Shown here: piece after piece, positions 11,096-21,864 of the stretch
How the letters are laid out: every line of letters starts with the position of its first letter
Numbering within the stretch: position 1 is the stretch's first letter
Origin: an uncultured Pelagibacteraceae bacterium
Lineage (GTDB): Bacteria; Pseudomonadota; Alphaproteobacteria; Pelagibacterales; AG-422-B15
Direction of reading: 5' to 3'
DNA: 63,630 nucleotides
Assembly: GCA_902510025.1 (NCBI GenBank)
Contig: CABWZX010000002.1
Coordinates: forward strand, 1-63,630
Notes under the pieces: generated by a model
The model's database searches: none
Seen by the model: only the letters and a program-made list of their open reading frames with translations
What the model was told of the DNA's origin: nothing
Position numbers and translations under genes: made by a program

Positions 11096-12366
11096 TAGGC
11101 AGCTCTAACTTTTTTTATTAATTGATCTTCTATCTCATCTCTAAAATGTCTAAACAAACCTTGAATAGGCCAAGCAGCAGCATCACCCAGAGCACATATC
11201 GTGTGTCCTTCAATTTGTTTTGTTACATCTAATAATTTATCAATGTCATGCGACGACGCTTCCCCTCTAGCGATTTTTTCCATCATTCTCCACATCCATC
11301 CGGCACCTTCTCTACAAGGAGTACATTGACCGCAACTTTCATGCTTATAAAAATGTGATAGGTTAGCGATGGCCTTAACTAAGTCAGTTGATTTATCCAT
11401 CACAATCACAGCCGCTGTTCCCAATCCACTCTTAACATCAATAAGTGAATCAAAGTCCATTAAAACTGTGTCGCATGTACTTTTAGGAATTAAAGGAACA
11501 GATGAGCCTCCAGGAATTATTGCCTTTAAATTGTTCCATCCACCAACTACGCCTCCGGCATGTTTTTCTATAAGCTCTTTAAGAGGAATGCTCATCTCCT
11601 CTTCTACATTGCATGGTTTATTAACATGTCCTGAAATACAAAAAACTTTAGTACCTGTATTTTTTGTTCTACCAAATGATGAAAACCAATCACCACCTCT
11701 TCTCAAAATAGCTGGAACAACAGCTATAGTTTCTACGTTGTTTACTGTTGTAGGTGATCCATATAGTCCTTTATTCGCAGGAAAAGGAGGCTTAAGCCTT
11801 GGTTGACCTTTCTTTCCTTCTAAACTCTCTAATAATGCTGTTTCCTCACCACAAATATATGCGCCTGCTCCTCGGTGCAGGTAAATATCAAAATCCCATC
11901 CTGAACCACAAGCATTTTTACCAACTAAACCTGCATCATAAGCTTCATCAATTGCTTTTTGTAATACAACAGCCTCATTAAAATATTCGCCCCTAATATA
12001 GATGTAACAATTATGGGCGTTCATTGCAAAAGACGAAAGCAAACAACCTTCTATTAACTTATGAGGTTCATTTCTTATCATGTCTCTATCTTTGCAGGTA
12101 CCTGGCTCAGACTCGTCTGCATTTACAACTAAATAGTTATTTGAATTAGGGTCTTTTGGCATAAATGACCACTTTAAACCTGTTGGGAAACCAGCTCCTC
12201 CTCTGCCTCTTAATTCTGATTTCTTCATTTCTTCAATTATCCAATCAGAACCTTTCTTTATAAGGTCGCTTGTTTGATCCCAATCACCTCTATTTTTCGC
12301 ATCTGTTAAAGAGTAACTTTTGTCTCCATACAAATTGTTAAATATTTTATCTTTTTCTTTTAACAC
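11095..12366 (-). CDS. nuoF: NADH-quinone oxidoreductase subunit F (NADH/FMN-binding)
   Basis: 423 aa with [32 protein letters not shown] and [12 protein letters not shown] motifs. Confidence 0.95.
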   Translation of the reverse strand: MLKEKDKIFNNLYGDKSYSLTDAKNRGDWDQTSDLIKKGSDWIIEEMKKSELRGRGGAGFPTGLKWSFMPKDPNSNNYLVVNADESEPGTCKDRDMIRNEPHKLIEGCLLSSFAMNAHNCYIYIRGEYFNEAVVLQKAIDEAYDAGLVGKNACGSGWDFDIYLHRGAGAYICGEETALLESLEGKKGQPRLKPPFPANKGLYGSPTTVNNVETIAVVPAILRRGGDWFSSFGRTKNTGTKVFCISGHVNKPCNVEEEMSIPLKELIEKHAGGVVGGWNNLKAIIPGGSSVPLIPKSTCDTVLMDFDSLIDVKSGLGTAAVIVMDKSTDLVKAIANLSHFYKHESCGQCTPCREGAGWMWRMMEKIARGEASSHDIDKLLDVTKQIEGHTICALGDAAAWPIQGLFRHFRDEIEDQLIKKVRAA

Positions 12367-12921
12367 CTAATCAGCCCTTGATCCCTTTCTTCCAGATTGT
12401 GATCCAACTTGAAGAGGTTTATTGTCTATTAGAGACTGGAGAATATTTTTTGTCGTATCGTAAGTAAGGTCTTCATAATAATCATCATTAATTTGCACAA
12501 CAGGAGCGTTAACACATGCACCCAAGCATTCAACTTGCATCCATGAAAATAAGCCATCATTACTAACAGTGTTTTGTTCTGGCGAGATCATTTCTTTACA
12601 TGCTTTGACAATATTGTCCGACCCTCTCAACCAGCAAGGAGTTGTTGCGCAAACCTGAACTAGGTTCTTGCCAACAGGTTTTGTGTGATACATGGTATAA
12701 AAAGTGACAACTTCCATTACTTTAATTATTGGCATGTCTAAATATTCAGCAACATACTCAATGGTATCGCGTGACAACCAACCATCATTTTGTCTTTGCG
12801 CAATATCCAAAAGTGGCATTACTGCACTATTTTTTCTCTCGACTGGATATTTTTTTAGAATATCAACTGCGATTAGTTTGTTTTTATCAGAGAAGCTAAA
12901 GTTATTTAAATTTTCAGACAT
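12367..12921 (-). CDS. nuoE: NADH-quinone oxidoreductase subunit E (2Fe-2S)
   Basis: The ORF-track frame runs 12367..12978. I place the start at the internal ATG at 12921 (MSENLNNF...), 1 nt after the nuoD stop, because the longer form would overlap nuoD by 56 nt. Cys ligands are CATTPCWLRG and ECLGACVNAP. Confidence 0.88.
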   Translation of the reverse strand: MSENLNNFSFSDKNKLIAVDILKKYPVERKNSAVMPLLDIAQRQNDGWLSRDTIEYVAEYLDMPIIKVMEVVTFYTMYHTKPVGKNLVQVCATTPCWLRGSDNIVKACKEMISPEQNTVSNDGLFSWMQVECLGACVNAPVVQINDDYYEDLTYDTTKNILQSLIDNKPLQVGSQSGRKGSRAD

Positions 12922-12922
12922 G

Positions 12923-14098
12923 TTATCTATCAACCTCTCCAAATACAATTGCGATAGAGCCCAAAATTGCTGGAACATCAGCTAATAAATGTCCTTTAGA
13001 TAATAAATCAAAAGCTTGAAGATGTGCAAATCCCGGCGCTCTTATCTTACATCTATAAGGTCTGCTGCTTCCATCTGAAATTAAATAAACTCCAAACTCA
13101 CCTTTTGGAGCTTCAACAGCGGTGTAAATTTCTCCCGATGGGACATGAAAGCCTTCTGTAAAAAATTTAAAATGATGAATAATAGCCTCCATAGAAGTTT
13201 TCATTTCAGCACGTTTTGGTGCAGCTATTTTTGAATCTCTATTAATAACTTCGCCTCCAGGCATCTTTTCTATGCATTGAAGCATAATTTTGTTGCTTTC
13301 TCGCATTTCATTCATCTGACACAAGTATCGATCATAACAATCTCCATTAACACCTACTGGAATTTTAAAATCTAACTTATCGTATGTATCATAAGGCTGT
13401 GATTTTCTGAGATCCCAAGGAATTCCACATGCTCTTAATACAAATCCACTAAAGCCATAATCAGCAGCGTCTTCTTTTGAAATTTTTCCAATATCAACAT
13501 TTCTTTGTTTGAAAATTCTATTTTCAGTCAACATATTTTCAATATCGTCAATTACTTTAGGAAAAGTTTGACAAAAATTATATATTTTATCTAAAAGACC
13601 ATCTGGTAAGTCTTGATGAACGCCTCCTGCTCGGAAATAAGCAGCGTGAAATCTTGACCCTGAAACTTCTTCATAGAAGTCTAAAAGTTTCTCTCTTTCA
13701 TCAAAACCCCATGTAATAGGTGTCATTGCTCCAACATCCATAGCTGTCGTTGTGACATTCAATAAATGACTTAGTAATCTTCCTATCTCAGCAAAAAGTA
13801 CTCTTATGTACTGACCTCTCTCTGGAACATCTACTTCTAATAACTTTTCGATTGCTAGTGCAAATGCATGTTCTTGGTTCATCGGAGAAACATAGTCAAG
13901 TCGATCAAAATAAGGAATTGCCTGAAGGTAAGTTTTTTGTTCTATAAGCTTCTCTGTTCCTCGGTGTAATAGTCCTATATGGGGATCTGCCCTTTCAACA
14001 ACCTCTCCATCCAGATCTAAAAGTAATCTTAATACTCCATGTGCTGCTGGATGAACTGGACCAAAATTAACTGTTACTGTTTTATTGTTACTACTCAT
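12923..14098 (-). CDS. nuoD: NADH-quinone oxidoreductase subunit D
   Basis: 391 aa with [26 protein letters not shown] and C-terminal IVFGEVDR, all hallmark 49-kDa subunit motifs. Confidence 0.95.
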   Translation of the reverse strand: MSSNNKTVTVNFGPVHPAAHGVLRLLLDLDGEVVERADPHIGLLHRGTEKLIEQKTYLQAIPYFDRLDYVSPMNQEHAFALAIEKLLEVDVPERGQYIRVLFAEIGRLLSHLLNVTTTAMDVGAMTPITWGFDEREKLLDFYEEVSGSRFHAAYFRAGGVHQDLPDGLLDKIYNFCQTFPKVIDDIENMLTENRIFKQRNVDIGKISKEDAADYGFSGFVLRACGIPWDLRKSQPYDTYDKLDFKIPVGVNGDCYDRYLCQMNEMRESNKIMLQCIEKMPGGEVINRDSKIAAPKRAEMKTSMEAIIHHFKFFTEGFHVPSGEIYTAVEAPKGEFGVYLISDGSSRPYRCKIRAPGFAHLQAFDLLSKGHLLADVPAILGSIAIVFGEVDR

Positions 14099-14682
14099 TC
14101 AGTGTCCTTTTTTTCAGTATATTTTGTGCCTTCCCAAGGACTCTGAATATCAAAATTACGATAGTCTTGTTGTAGTTTTACTGGCTCATAGATAACTTTT
14201 TTTTCTATTTCGTCATATCGAACTTCTACATTGCCTGTAAGTGGAAAATCTTTTCTTAAAGGATAACCTTCAAATCCATAATCAGTAAGTATTCTTCTTA
14301 AATCAGGATGATCAGTAAATTGAATACCGTACATATCAAACGCCTCTCTTTCAAACCAATTAGCAGCAGGAAACAGTTGGGTAATGCTTTGAATGGCGCT
14401 ATTTTCGCTTATCTCCGTTTTGACTCTGATCCGAATATTATTTTTAAAGCTTAAAAAATGATAGACAATGTCAAATCTATTTAGTCTCTCTGGAAAATCA
14501 ACTCCAGCTATATCGGTCAGCTGCCTAAATTGACAAATATCATTATCTTTTAAAAATTCTAATGTAGAAATTAGTTCTTCTGGATTAACAGTAATTTGAA
14601 TCTGTTCATATTTAATAAAACCGTCATTAATTTTACAGTTCTCCTTTATTGTAGAAAGAGTGTTTTCCAAAATGTCTGGCAT
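14095..14682 (-). CDS. nuoC: NADH-quinone oxidoreductase subunit C
   Basis: 195 aa with [41 protein letters not shown], the 30-kDa subunit signature. Confidence 0.93.
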   Translation of the reverse strand: MPDILENTLSTIKENCKINDGFIKYEQIQITVNPEELISTLEFLKDNDICQFRQLTDIAGVDFPERLNRFDIVYHFLSFKNNIRIRVKTEISENSAIQSITQLFPAANWFEREAFDMYGIQFTDHPDLRRILTDYGFEGYPLRKDFPLTGNVEVRYDEIEKKVIYEPVKLQQDYRNFDIQSPWEGTKYTEKKDTE

Positions 14683-14684
14683 TT

Positions 14685-15209
14685 TTATCTTTTGATATTG
14701 CCTTCTCTTCTAATTTTCTTTTGAAGTTGAAGTAATCCATATAACAGTGCTTCTGCGGTTGGAGGACATCCAGGAACATAAATATCTACCGGGATAACTT
14801 TATCACATCCTCTGACTACGGAATAAGAATAGTGATAGTATCCACCACCATTAGCACAACTTCCCATTGAAATAACATAACGAGGTTCAGGCATTTGATC
14901 GTATGCTTTACGAAGAGCCGGCGCCATTTTATTTGTAAGAGTCCCAGCAACAATCAAAACATCTGAATGTCTAGGAGACGCCCTTGGTGCCGCACCAAAT
15001 CTTTCAACGTCATATCTAGGTGTCCCAACATGCATCATTTCAACAGCACAACAAGCCAAACCAAAAGTCATCCAATGCAGTGATCCGGCTCTTGCCCAAT
15101 TAATAAGATTATTAATGTTTGTTACTAAAAAACCTTTGTCAGCGTAGAGTTCTTTAAGCTTTTCTAATTCAGGATCTGCAATTTCTTCAATTTGTGAATT
15201 TATTGCCAT
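14685..15209 (-). CDS. nuoB: NADH-quinone oxidoreductase subunit B
   Basis: [22 protein letters not shown] and PGCPP motifs (N2 cluster ligands). I place the start at ATG 15209 (MAINSQ...), overlapping the nuoA end by 10 nt. The ORF-track start at 15230 is an alternative. Confidence 0.9.
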   Translation of the reverse strand: MAINSQIEEIADPELEKLKELYADKGFLVTNINNLINWARAGSLHWMTFGLACCAVEMMHVGTPRYDVERFGAAPRASPRHSDVLIVAGTLTNKMAPALRKAYDQMPEPRYVISMGSCANGGGYYHYSYSVVRGCDKVIPVDIYVPGCPPTAEALLYGLLQLQKKIRREGNIKR

Positions 15210-15565
15210 TCTAGTGCACCTTTCTTCCACTCATAAATAAATCCAATAGTAAGAACACCTAGAAAAATCATCATTGAGACAAATCCAAGAAGTCCTAATG
15301 TTCCAAAAGTAACAGACCATGGGAATAAAAATGCTACTTCCAAATCAAAAATGATGAACAGTAAGGTCACTAAATAAAATCGGACATCAAACTTCATTCT
15401 TGAATCTCCAAATTGCTCAAACCCACATTCATATGCTGAATTTTTTTCTGGATCGGGGTTATTTACTGCAACCAAATAATTGGCCAAAACAAATAAACCG
15501 CTAATAACAAATGCTACTATCATGAAGATGATAATTGGCATGTATTCGCTCAATGTATTTTCCAT
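15200..15565 (-). CDS. nuoA: NADH-quinone oxidoreductase subunit A
   Basis: 121 aa, three TM helices, YECGF...[22 protein letters not shown] motif. First gene of the operon, preceded by a 232-nt AT-rich spacer. Confidence 0.9.
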   Translation of the reverse strand: MENTLSEYMPIIIFMIVAFVISGLFVLANYLVAVNNPDPEKNSAYECGFEQFGDSRMKFDVRFYLVTLLFIIFDLEVAFLFPWSVTFGTLGLLGFVSMMIFLGVLTIGFIYEWKKGALEWQ

Positions 15566-15800
15566 CGTTTTTAATAAGAATCGTATTAGTATCTAAAAAA
15601 AATATATATTTTACTCATCGTATTACAAGGAAAACATGGAAAAATTAGGCTTTCCTACCGTTAGCGATTAAATATTTATTTATATTTATTTAAATATGAG
15701 AATAATAAATTTATTCAATAGTTATATTTATAATTTCATTCAAAAAAATCAAATAAACCCTTGTTTTTCAATAAAAACTTTCCTTTCATAGGAGACTTTG

Positions 15801-16796
15801 ATGTCTTTTAATCGCTTACTTTTTCTCATATATTCGCAAAATTTAAAAAAATATGAATTTTATTATTTCAGACCTATAATTAATAAAATGTTCAAATTAG
15901 AAGCAGAAAACCTACATTTTACTGAAGGGCCAAGATGGCACGATAACAAGCTATGGTTCTCAGATTTCTATCATAAAGCTGTCATGAGCTTAGATGAAAC
16001 TGGGTACATTGAAAGAATTGTTGATATACCTAACCAACCTTCTGGCCTTGGATGGCTTCCTAATGGTGATTTGATTATCGTTTCTATGCTTGATCGTAAA
16101 TTAATGAGATTCAGCAATGGAAATCTATCACTGCATTCAGATCTATCTAATTTAACACCTTTCCGATGCAATGATATGACTATAGATAAAGATGGACATG
16201 CGTATGTTGGGAACTTCGGATCACTTGAACACGCAACAAACATAAAACCAACATGCCTGATTCATGTTACACCAGAAGGCAATGCTTCAATTGCAGCTAA
16301 AAATTTAGATTTTCCAAATGGAACTGTAATTACTCCTGATGGCAAAAATTTAATCATAGGTGAAACATATGGCGGTCGCCTGACTTCATTTGAAATCGAT
16401 ACAAATAAAAAATTATCCAATAGAAAAGTATGGGCACAAATGATTCCTAAGCCATATTACTACTTAACTAGAGTTGTAAGGGCTTTAAAAATACCTGTTA
16501 AAGAAGGTGCCGCAACACCATATCCTGTCCCAGATGGAATATGTTTAGATGATCAGATGGGTATCTGGGTAGCTTCTCCAACAACTTCTGAAGTTGTTCG
16601 CTACACTGAGGGAGGTAAAATTACTAACCGTATCACTACCCCTAATCGTGCTTACGCATGCATGTTAGGAGGACAAGATGGTAAAAAATTATTTGTTTGT
16701 ACTGCTAATGTCTCAACTCCTGAGAAAGCTAGTTCTGAAGAAACAGCAAAAATATACTCGACACAAGTTGATCATCCACGCGCTGGTTGCCCATAA
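15801..16796 (+). CDS. SMP-30/gluconolactonase/LRE-like beta-propeller protein
   Basis: NLHFTEGPRWHDNKLWFSDF, PSGLGWLPNGDLIIV and FPNGTVITPDGKNLIIGETYGGRL repeats are typical of the SGL family. ATG 15801 follows an AGGAGA box (15790-15795). An internal start at 15888 (MFKLEAENL) is equally possible. Confidence 0.75.
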   Translation: MSFNRLLFLIYSQNLKKYEFYYFRPIINKMFKLEAENLHFTEGPRWHDNKLWFSDFYHKAVMSLDETGYIERIVDIPNQPSGLGWLPNGDLIIVSMLDRKLMRFSNGNLSLHSDLSNLTPFRCNDMTIDKDGHAYVGNFGSLEHATNIKPTCLIHVTPEGNASIAAKNLDFPNGTVITPDGKNLIIGETYGGRLTSFEIDTNKKLSNRKVWAQMIPKPYYYLTRVVRALKIPVKEGAATPYPVPDGICLDDQMGIWVASPTTSEVVRYTEGGKITNRITTPNRAYACMLGGQDGKKLFVCTANVSTPEKASSEETAKIYSTQVDHPRAGCP

Positions 16797-16837
16797 TAGC
16801 AAAATTAATTAACCTATTGCTTCAATAAATAAAAAAA

Positions 16838-17425
16838 ATGAGTGAGAGAAAGAATAAAAAATTTTTTATTGTATACGGCCATTACGATGACAGCTCATTC
16901 AATGCAGCTATAAAAGATAATTTTATTGATAGCGCAAAATCTGCTGGTCATACAGTAGATCTTGTAGATTTATATAAAGATAAATTTGATCCAGTATTTG
17001 CAGGTGAATCTCCTGGGGAAGATGTTCTTAATCATCGTAAACGCATTAAGGAATCTGATACAATTGTATTGATTGCTCCAATTTGGAATTTTAGGATGCC
17101 TGCAATCTTAGAAGGATGGATCGATAAAGTCTTAGCACCCCCTTGGGCCTTTACATTTAAACAGCTGGTCGGAAACTACGGATACCCTCGTGGAAAACTT
17201 AGTGATAAAAAAGCTATTATTTTTTGTACCTACGGCTCACCAAGACTTGCAATAACAACTTTCTTTCTGAATCTTCCAATTCGTAGATTAAAAAGAGGTG
17301 TCTTCCATATATGTGGGATTAGAAAGATATTGTATAAAAGGTATTTTGCGGTCCCATTTGTAGATGAAAAGATTAGAGAAAAATTTCTTAAGGACGTAAG
17401 AAAAACTGCAGCTACATTTAATTAA
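16838..17425 (+). CDS. flavodoxin-like fold NAD(P)H-dependent oxidoreductase (Flavodoxin_2 / quinone reductase-like)
   Basis: 195 aa. KFFIVYGHYDDSSFNAAI...VDLVDLY...FDP and DTIVLIAPIWNFRMPAILEGWIDKV match the MdaB/KefF/NQO-type fold pattern. Confidence 0.7.
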   Translation: MSERKNKKFFIVYGHYDDSSFNAAIKDNFIDSAKSAGHTVDLVDLYKDKFDPVFAGESPGEDVLNHRKRIKESDTIVLIAPIWNFRMPAILEGWIDKVLAPPWAFTFKQLVGNYGYPRGKLSDKKAIIFCTYGSPRLAITTFFLNLPIRRLKRGVFHICGIRKILYKRYFAVPFVDEKIREKFLKDVRKTAATFN

Positions 17426-17439
17426 ATATAATTTAAAAC

Positions 17440-18387
17440 CTATCTTAATGGTTGATCCATTGTGATTTCCTGCTCATTAACTCTTTCACGGTAAAAAAGG
17501 TAAATTCCAGCAGTAACAATCATCGCCATTCCTATCCAAGATCGGACTGTTACGCTCTCATCCCAGATTAACCAGCCATAAAAAATTGACCACAATAATA
17601 TTGTGTATTCAAAAGGAGCTATAACAAAAGGCTTGCCAACTCTATAGGCATTAAAGATTAGTAAAAATCCTGCGACGACACATATGCCAACTACAAATAT
17701 TAAGAAATATTGAGTATGTAAGTTTAGCTCCCAAGATCTAAAAACAAAATTTAAAACCTTATTATCTCCAATAGAGTAATCAAAAGTAGATCCTAAATAG
17801 GTAACAAGAGGAGCAAAAAGCAATGTTGCTAGATAAACATGAAAAGTTTGCGAATAAACACTATCTTTTTCAGATGTCATTTTAATAATAATCATACTTG
17901 TTGAGTATCCAAATGCACATAAAATTGGAAATATCATAAATATGTTAAAACTATCAAAAGTTGGATTAGCTATAATAATAACTCCTATAAATCCAAAGAT
18001 AATTGTCAGTAGTCTTATGATACCAATATTTTCCTTTAAGAAAATTTTGGAAAGAATTGTAATAAAGAACGGGGTAGTAAAAAAAAGAGCGGTAGTAACT
18101 GCATAAGGTAGATAAGCTAAGCCTATATAGTAAAATAAAAAGGCAAACATAAATAAAATTGCCCTAATAACTGTTAAGATAGGATATTGAGAGCTAAAAA
18201 TTATTGGTATCTTTCTAACTTTTAAATATAGAAATAATATAGATAGACCAACAACGCTTCTTAAAAACATTATTTGCAAGATAGAAACTTCACTAGATAA
18301 AATTCTTACAAGTGTGTCCTGGACTGAGAAAACAGTCATTCCCGCTATAATATAAAAAATAGCAAGAGAGTTGTTTTCCTTAAACAT
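17440..18387 (-). CDS. DMT (EamA-type) superfamily transporter, substrate unknown
   Basis: 315 aa with about 10 predicted TM helices in two similar halves. The composition is typical of EamA domains. It starts 3 nt after the upstream methyltransferase stop. Confidence 0.7.
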   Translation of the reverse strand: MFKENNSLAIFYIIAGMTVFSVQDTLVRILSSEVSILQIMFLRSVVGLSILFLYLKVRKIPIIFSSQYPILTVIRAILFMFAFLFYYIGLAYLPYAVTTALFFTTPFFITILSKIFLKENIGIIRLLTIIFGFIGVIIIANPTFDSFNIFMIFPILCAFGYSTSMIIIKMTSEKDSVYSQTFHVYLATLLFAPLVTYLGSTFDYSIGDNKVLNFVFRSWELNLHTQYFLIFVVGICVVAGFLLIFNAYRVGKPFVIAPFEYTILLWSIFYGWLIWDESVTVRSWIGMAMIVTAGIYLFYRERVNEQEITMDQPLR

Positions 18388-18390
18388 TGT

Positions 18391-19173
18391 TTAAGCTTTA
18401 ACCGCTGTAAAATGACCTGGTCGATGTTCTCCTATTTCAAGAACTCCTATTAACTTTTCCCATATCTGTATAGCGCCTTCAGTCTCTTCTGGTCCTATTG
18501 CATCAATAGCCGCCTGATACAATGGGCCTCTGAGCTCAATAATTTCTTTCTTGGATTTTTCTAAATACCAATTATTACGATCTCTAATTTGAATATCTTT
18601 AAATCCTGTATTTTTAAGAATACTTTCATATCTTTCAAGTGAACACATATACATATCAAGTCCCTCTGCCTTTATGTATTTTTTCATTTGTGGAGATGGA
18701 GGATTATCATCAACTCTCATCCAATCACCAGCTGCAATAATTCCATGTGGCTTTAACATTCTAAATATATTCTCAAATAATTTCTCTTTATCAGGAATAT
18801 GCAGAAAGGTTTCTTTGCTAAACACCATATCAATTGACTCGTCTTCAAAATCTATAGGTCCTGGAGATACTAGTTCAAATTTTGTTTTATCTGACAATCC
18901 TCTTTTACTCGCTAACTCTTTAGCTCTTTGAATAACTAAAGGTTCAACATCAATACCTGTCACAAAAGAAGCATTGTGGTGATTAATCAAATGCAGTGCC
19001 GCACCGCCACATCCACATCCTATATCAAGAATGTTTAAATTCTTTACATCTATATTTTTAACTATTTCATCAATTTCATCAGAGCCACCAGGTGATAAAA
19101 ATCCTTCTCCCCAAATAGTCTTTAATAAATTAAGTTGTTTTGGACCATAGTGCCCTTCATCTGTAAGGGTCAT
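18391..19173 (-). CDS. class I SAM-dependent methyltransferase (phosphoethanolamine-N-methyltransferase-like N-terminal signature), substrate unknown
   Basis: 260 aa. Motif I is ILDIGCGCGGAA and the post-I acidic residue is in GIDVE. LLKTIWGEGFLSPGG resembles the F/WGxGxxSxGG box of PEAMT-type enzymes. TAATG overlap with the gfa stop. Confidence 0.7.
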   Translation of the reverse strand: MTLTDEGHYGPKQLNLLKTIWGEGFLSPGGSDEIDEIVKNIDVKNLNILDIGCGCGGAALHLINHHNASFVTGIDVEPLVIQRAKELASKRGLSDKTKFELVSPGPIDFEDESIDMVFSKETFLHIPDKEKLFENIFRMLKPHGIIAAGDWMRVDDNPPSPQMKKYIKAEGLDMYMCSLERYESILKNTGFKDIQIRDRNNWYLEKSKKEIIELRGPLYQAAIDAIGPEETEGAIQIWEKLIGVLEIGEHRPGHFTAVKA

Positions 19174-19643
19174 TATTGGTTATTCTTTTCTTCCAATTTT
19201 TTGATGCTTTGTTCTGGCCATATTTTCTCTCTATCATACATCAGGTCAAAACAATTTTTTGTATCTGTTAAATTTACCCATGGATCTTTATCTTTCACAA
19301 AAATATGCGCCTGTGGTGGAAATTTATCGGAATCATTAAGAGTTTTTGATCTGATAGCGACTATTCTTTGAGACTCTACAATCTTATATTTACAATATAA
19401 ATAAGTACCACAATTGGTGCAAAAAAATACTCGTCGACCAGTTCCACTTCCAGTAGAAAGCTCAGTTGAGTCAACTTTTCCATTTATAGTTAGATCATCT
19501 TCATGAACTGTTGAATGAATGACAAATGATGAGCCGGTTGATTTTTTACAATCCTTACAGTGGCACGCTTGAGTAAAAATAGGCTTATCTGCAATTGAAT
19601 AGTTTACTTGGCCACAGTCACAACTTCCTTTGTAATCCACCAT
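19173..19643 (-). CDS. gfa: GFA-family (glutathione-dependent formaldehyde-activating / CENP-V-like) zinc protein
   Basis: 156 aa with Cys pattern CDCG...CHCKDCKK...FCTNCG, characteristic of the GFA fold. It lies directly downstream (11 nt) of class III ADH. Confidence 0.75.
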   Translation of the reverse strand: MVDYKGSCDCGQVNYSIADKPIFTQACHCKDCKKSTGSSFVIHSTVHEDDLTINGKVDSTELSTGSGTGRRVFFCTNCGTYLYCKYKIVESQRIVAIRSKTLNDSDKFPPQAHIFVKDKDPWVNLTDTKNCFDLMYDREKIWPEQSIKKLEEKNNQ

Positions 19644-19654
19644 ACTATTTTCCT

Positions 19655-20767
19655 TTAAAAATTAATTACGCTTCTAATTGATTTTCCTTCATGCATTAAA
19701 TCGAATGCTTTATTGATCTCTTCTAACTGAAATTCATGTGTAATTAGATCATCAATATTTATTTTTTTATCCATATACCAATCAACAATTTGAGGAACAT
19801 CGCTCCTGCCTTTAGCTCCACCAAAAGCTGTTCCTTTCCATACTCTTCCAGTAACTAATTGAAACGGCCTTGTCGATATTTCTTGGCCTGCGCCTGCTAC
19901 TCCAATAATAATTGATTGCCCCCATCCTTTATGACAGCACTCAAGTGCTTGTCTCATAACTTCAACATTTCCAATGCATTCAAAACTATAATCTGCGCCA
20001 CCGTCAGTAATTTCAATAATCTTATTTAGTAATTGGTTGTCAGAATAGTCCTTAGGATTTAAAAAATGTGTCATCCCAAATTTTTTTCCTAGGTCTTCCC
20101 TATCAGGATTCATATCAATCCCTACAATGTTTTTGGCCTTAGCCATACGACAACCTTGAACTACATTTAATCCGATTCCACCAAGTCCAAATATTACTGC
20201 ATTTGATCCTTCTTCCATTTTAGCTGTATTGATAACTGCGCCAATACCAGTTGTAACGCCACATCCAATGTAACAAACTTTATTTGCGGGAGCATCGTTT
20301 CGAATCTTAGCAAGAGCAATTTCTGGAATTACAGTAAAGTTTGAGAAAGTTGATGTACCCATGTAATGGTATAACGTCTCACCTTTATACTTGAATCGAG
20401 AAGTGCCATCAGGCATTAGCCCTTGACCTTGAGTCTCACGAATAGCCTGACATAAATTTGTTTTACCGGATAAGCAGAATTTGCATTTGCCGCACTCAGG
20501 GGTGTACAGCGGAATAACATGATCATCTTTTTTAAGTGACTTTACTCCTTCACCTACTTCAACAACTATTCCCGCTCCTTCGTGACCAAGAATAGAAGGG
20601 AAAATTCCTTCTGGATCATCTCCTGACAATGTGTAGGCATCAGTGTGACAAACTCCAGTTGATTTTATTTCAACGAGAACTTCACCTTTTTTTGGACCCT
20701 CTAAATCAACTTCATCAATAATTAGAGGTTTCCCTTTTTCTATTGCTATAGCTGCTCTAACTTTCAT
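19655..20767 (-). CDS. adhC: S-(hydroxymethyl)glutathione dehydrogenase / class III alcohol dehydrogenase
   Basis: 370 aa with [16 protein letters not shown], structural-zinc [15 protein letters not shown] and [12 protein letters not shown] Rossmann motifs. The sequence has a very conserved class III ADH look. Confidence 0.92.
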   Translation of the reverse strand: MKVRAAIAIEKGKPLIIDEVDLEGPKKGEVLVEIKSTGVCHTDAYTLSGDDPEGIFPSILGHEGAGIVVEVGEGVKSLKKDDHVIPLYTPECGKCKFCLSGKTNLCQAIRETQGQGLMPDGTSRFKYKGETLYHYMGTSTFSNFTVIPEIALAKIRNDAPANKVCYIGCGVTTGIGAVINTAKMEEGSNAVIFGLGGIGLNVVQGCRMAKAKNIVGIDMNPDREDLGKKFGMTHFLNPKDYSDNQLLNKIIEITDGGADYSFECIGNVEVMRQALECCHKGWGQSIIIGVAGAGQEISTRPFQLVTGRVWKGTAFGGAKGRSDVPQIVDWYMDKKINIDDLITHEFQLEEINKAFDLMHEGKSIRSVINF

Positions 20768-20823
20768 CTAATCTCCTGGAATAGTGTGCATTAATCCAAT
20801 GAGATTGTAAATCAATTACAAGT

Positions 20824-21453
20824 TTATTTGCCGTCAGTTTTATTGTGAAAATAGATAGAAATTTTATAAAAAATTGGAGTTGCAATTAGCCAGGCTGACT
20901 GTGATTGGAGGGTTACTTCTCGTTCACCAAAAGACATTAATGTTGGATTCCACCATGGTCCAAATGGCATTAATGGAGCCCAGGATAACAATGCTCCATC
21001 TCCAACTTGATTGTAATAAATTATTGTTTCAACCAAAATGTTTTGTGCCATAAACCATATAAATAGGATAGAGAAAGCTAACCAAGTAAATTGATTAAAT
21101 GGCTTAGAATTGTATCGATATATCAAAGACACAAGTATAATTCCAAACCAAACTATTCCTGTATCAGCAAACGAATTGATTAACCAATTAATGTTCATTG
21201 GTAAAGCACAACTAAGAGCAGCTGATCTTCTTAAATTTACCGGATCTCCATCAAACAATCCAAAATTAATCCATATCTCCCAACCAAAAGCTGCAATTAA
21301 AAATGAACTTATAAGTGTATACGTAACCCATTTTTTCATTTGGTTTGTAGAAATAAGATAGATTGCTAAGATGAATGGTGCGCTAGCAGAAGAAAGTACA
21401 ATTATCGTTCTTCGCCATTCATAATTATCAAGACTGCAATCAAATAGCCACAT
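20824..21453 (-). CDS. hypothetical Trp-rich integral membrane protein
   Basis: 209 aa ORF with about 5-6 hydrophobic segments. I recognise no family motif. Coding is supported only by ORF length in AT-rich DNA and tight packing. Confidence 0.5.
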   Translation of the reverse strand: MWLFDCSLDNYEWRRTIIVLSSASAPFILAIYLISTNQMKKWVTYTLISSFLIAAFGWEIWINFGLFDGDPVNLRRSAALSCALPMNINWLINSFADTGIVWFGIILVSLIYRYNSKPFNQFTWLAFSILFIWFMAQNILVETIIYYNQVGDGALLSWAPLMPFGPWWNPTLMSFGEREVTLQSQSAWLIATPIFYKISIYFHNKTDGK

Positions 21454-21471
21454 ATATTTGATAATTAGTTA

Positions 21472-21864
21472 TTACTGAAATTTTTCACTAAGTGGTGTAG
21501 CGTACATTAGAACAAATATTGCTCCACTGGCCATACCTGAAAATCCAAGAATTAAATTACTGAGTGGATCACCAATTGTTGGTCCCATAAATAAAGTCAG
21601 AACAATAGAAATTATTGTAATCCAAAGGTACATACTTCTTCCAGTTGGGCTGAATTTTAATAGCATAAAGCACGCAACTATATATATGATAGCTAGTGGA
21701 ATAGATAATAAATATACAACTAGATGTTCCTCTACTAAATAATCACTCCAATCTAACAATTCAGGTGGAAGCAGAGCTGACGTAATACCCGATAAAGATA
21801 TTAAAGTAATTGCAGCTATTGATGCTAAGTCAAAAATTACTAATTTTTTAAAGATTGATTCCAT
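21472..21864 (-). CDS. hypothetical small membrane protein (about 4 TM)
   Basis: 130 aa ORF, hydrophobic throughout, no recognisable motif. Confidence 0.45.
   Translation of the reverse strand: MESIFKKLVIFDLASIAAITLISLSGITSALLPPELLDWSDYLVEEHLVVYLLSIPLAIIYIVACFMLLKFSPTGRSMYLWITIISIVLTLFMGPTIGDPLSNLILGFSGMASGAIFVLMYATPLSEKFQ

Noticed and set aside
11369-11806. 145-aa ORF antisense to nuoF. The track also lists similar antisense or alternate-frame ORFs inside nuoJ, nuoK, nuoL, nuoH, nuoG, sufS, sufD, tyrS, accC, aspS, purM, lptG and rsmA.
   Set aside because: Each lies wholly inside a strongly conserved, motif-verified gene on the other strand or frame. Their translations are low-complexity or hydrophobic nonsense with no motifs. 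Open antisense frames opposite conserved genes are a known codon-bias artefact.
12922-12978. Long form of nuoE overlapping nuoD by 56 nt.
   Set aside because: An internal ATG at 12921 gives a normal NuoE N-terminus immediately after the nuoD stop. The upstream extension has no NuoE-like sequence.
15636-15671. 11-codon mini-ORF (MEKLGFPTVSD) and an AGGAAA...TTTCCT dyad in the nuoA upstream spacer.
   Set aside because: It is too short and has no ribosome-binding context. The dyad is weak (6 bp with a 17-nt loop) and such matches are expected by chance in this composition.
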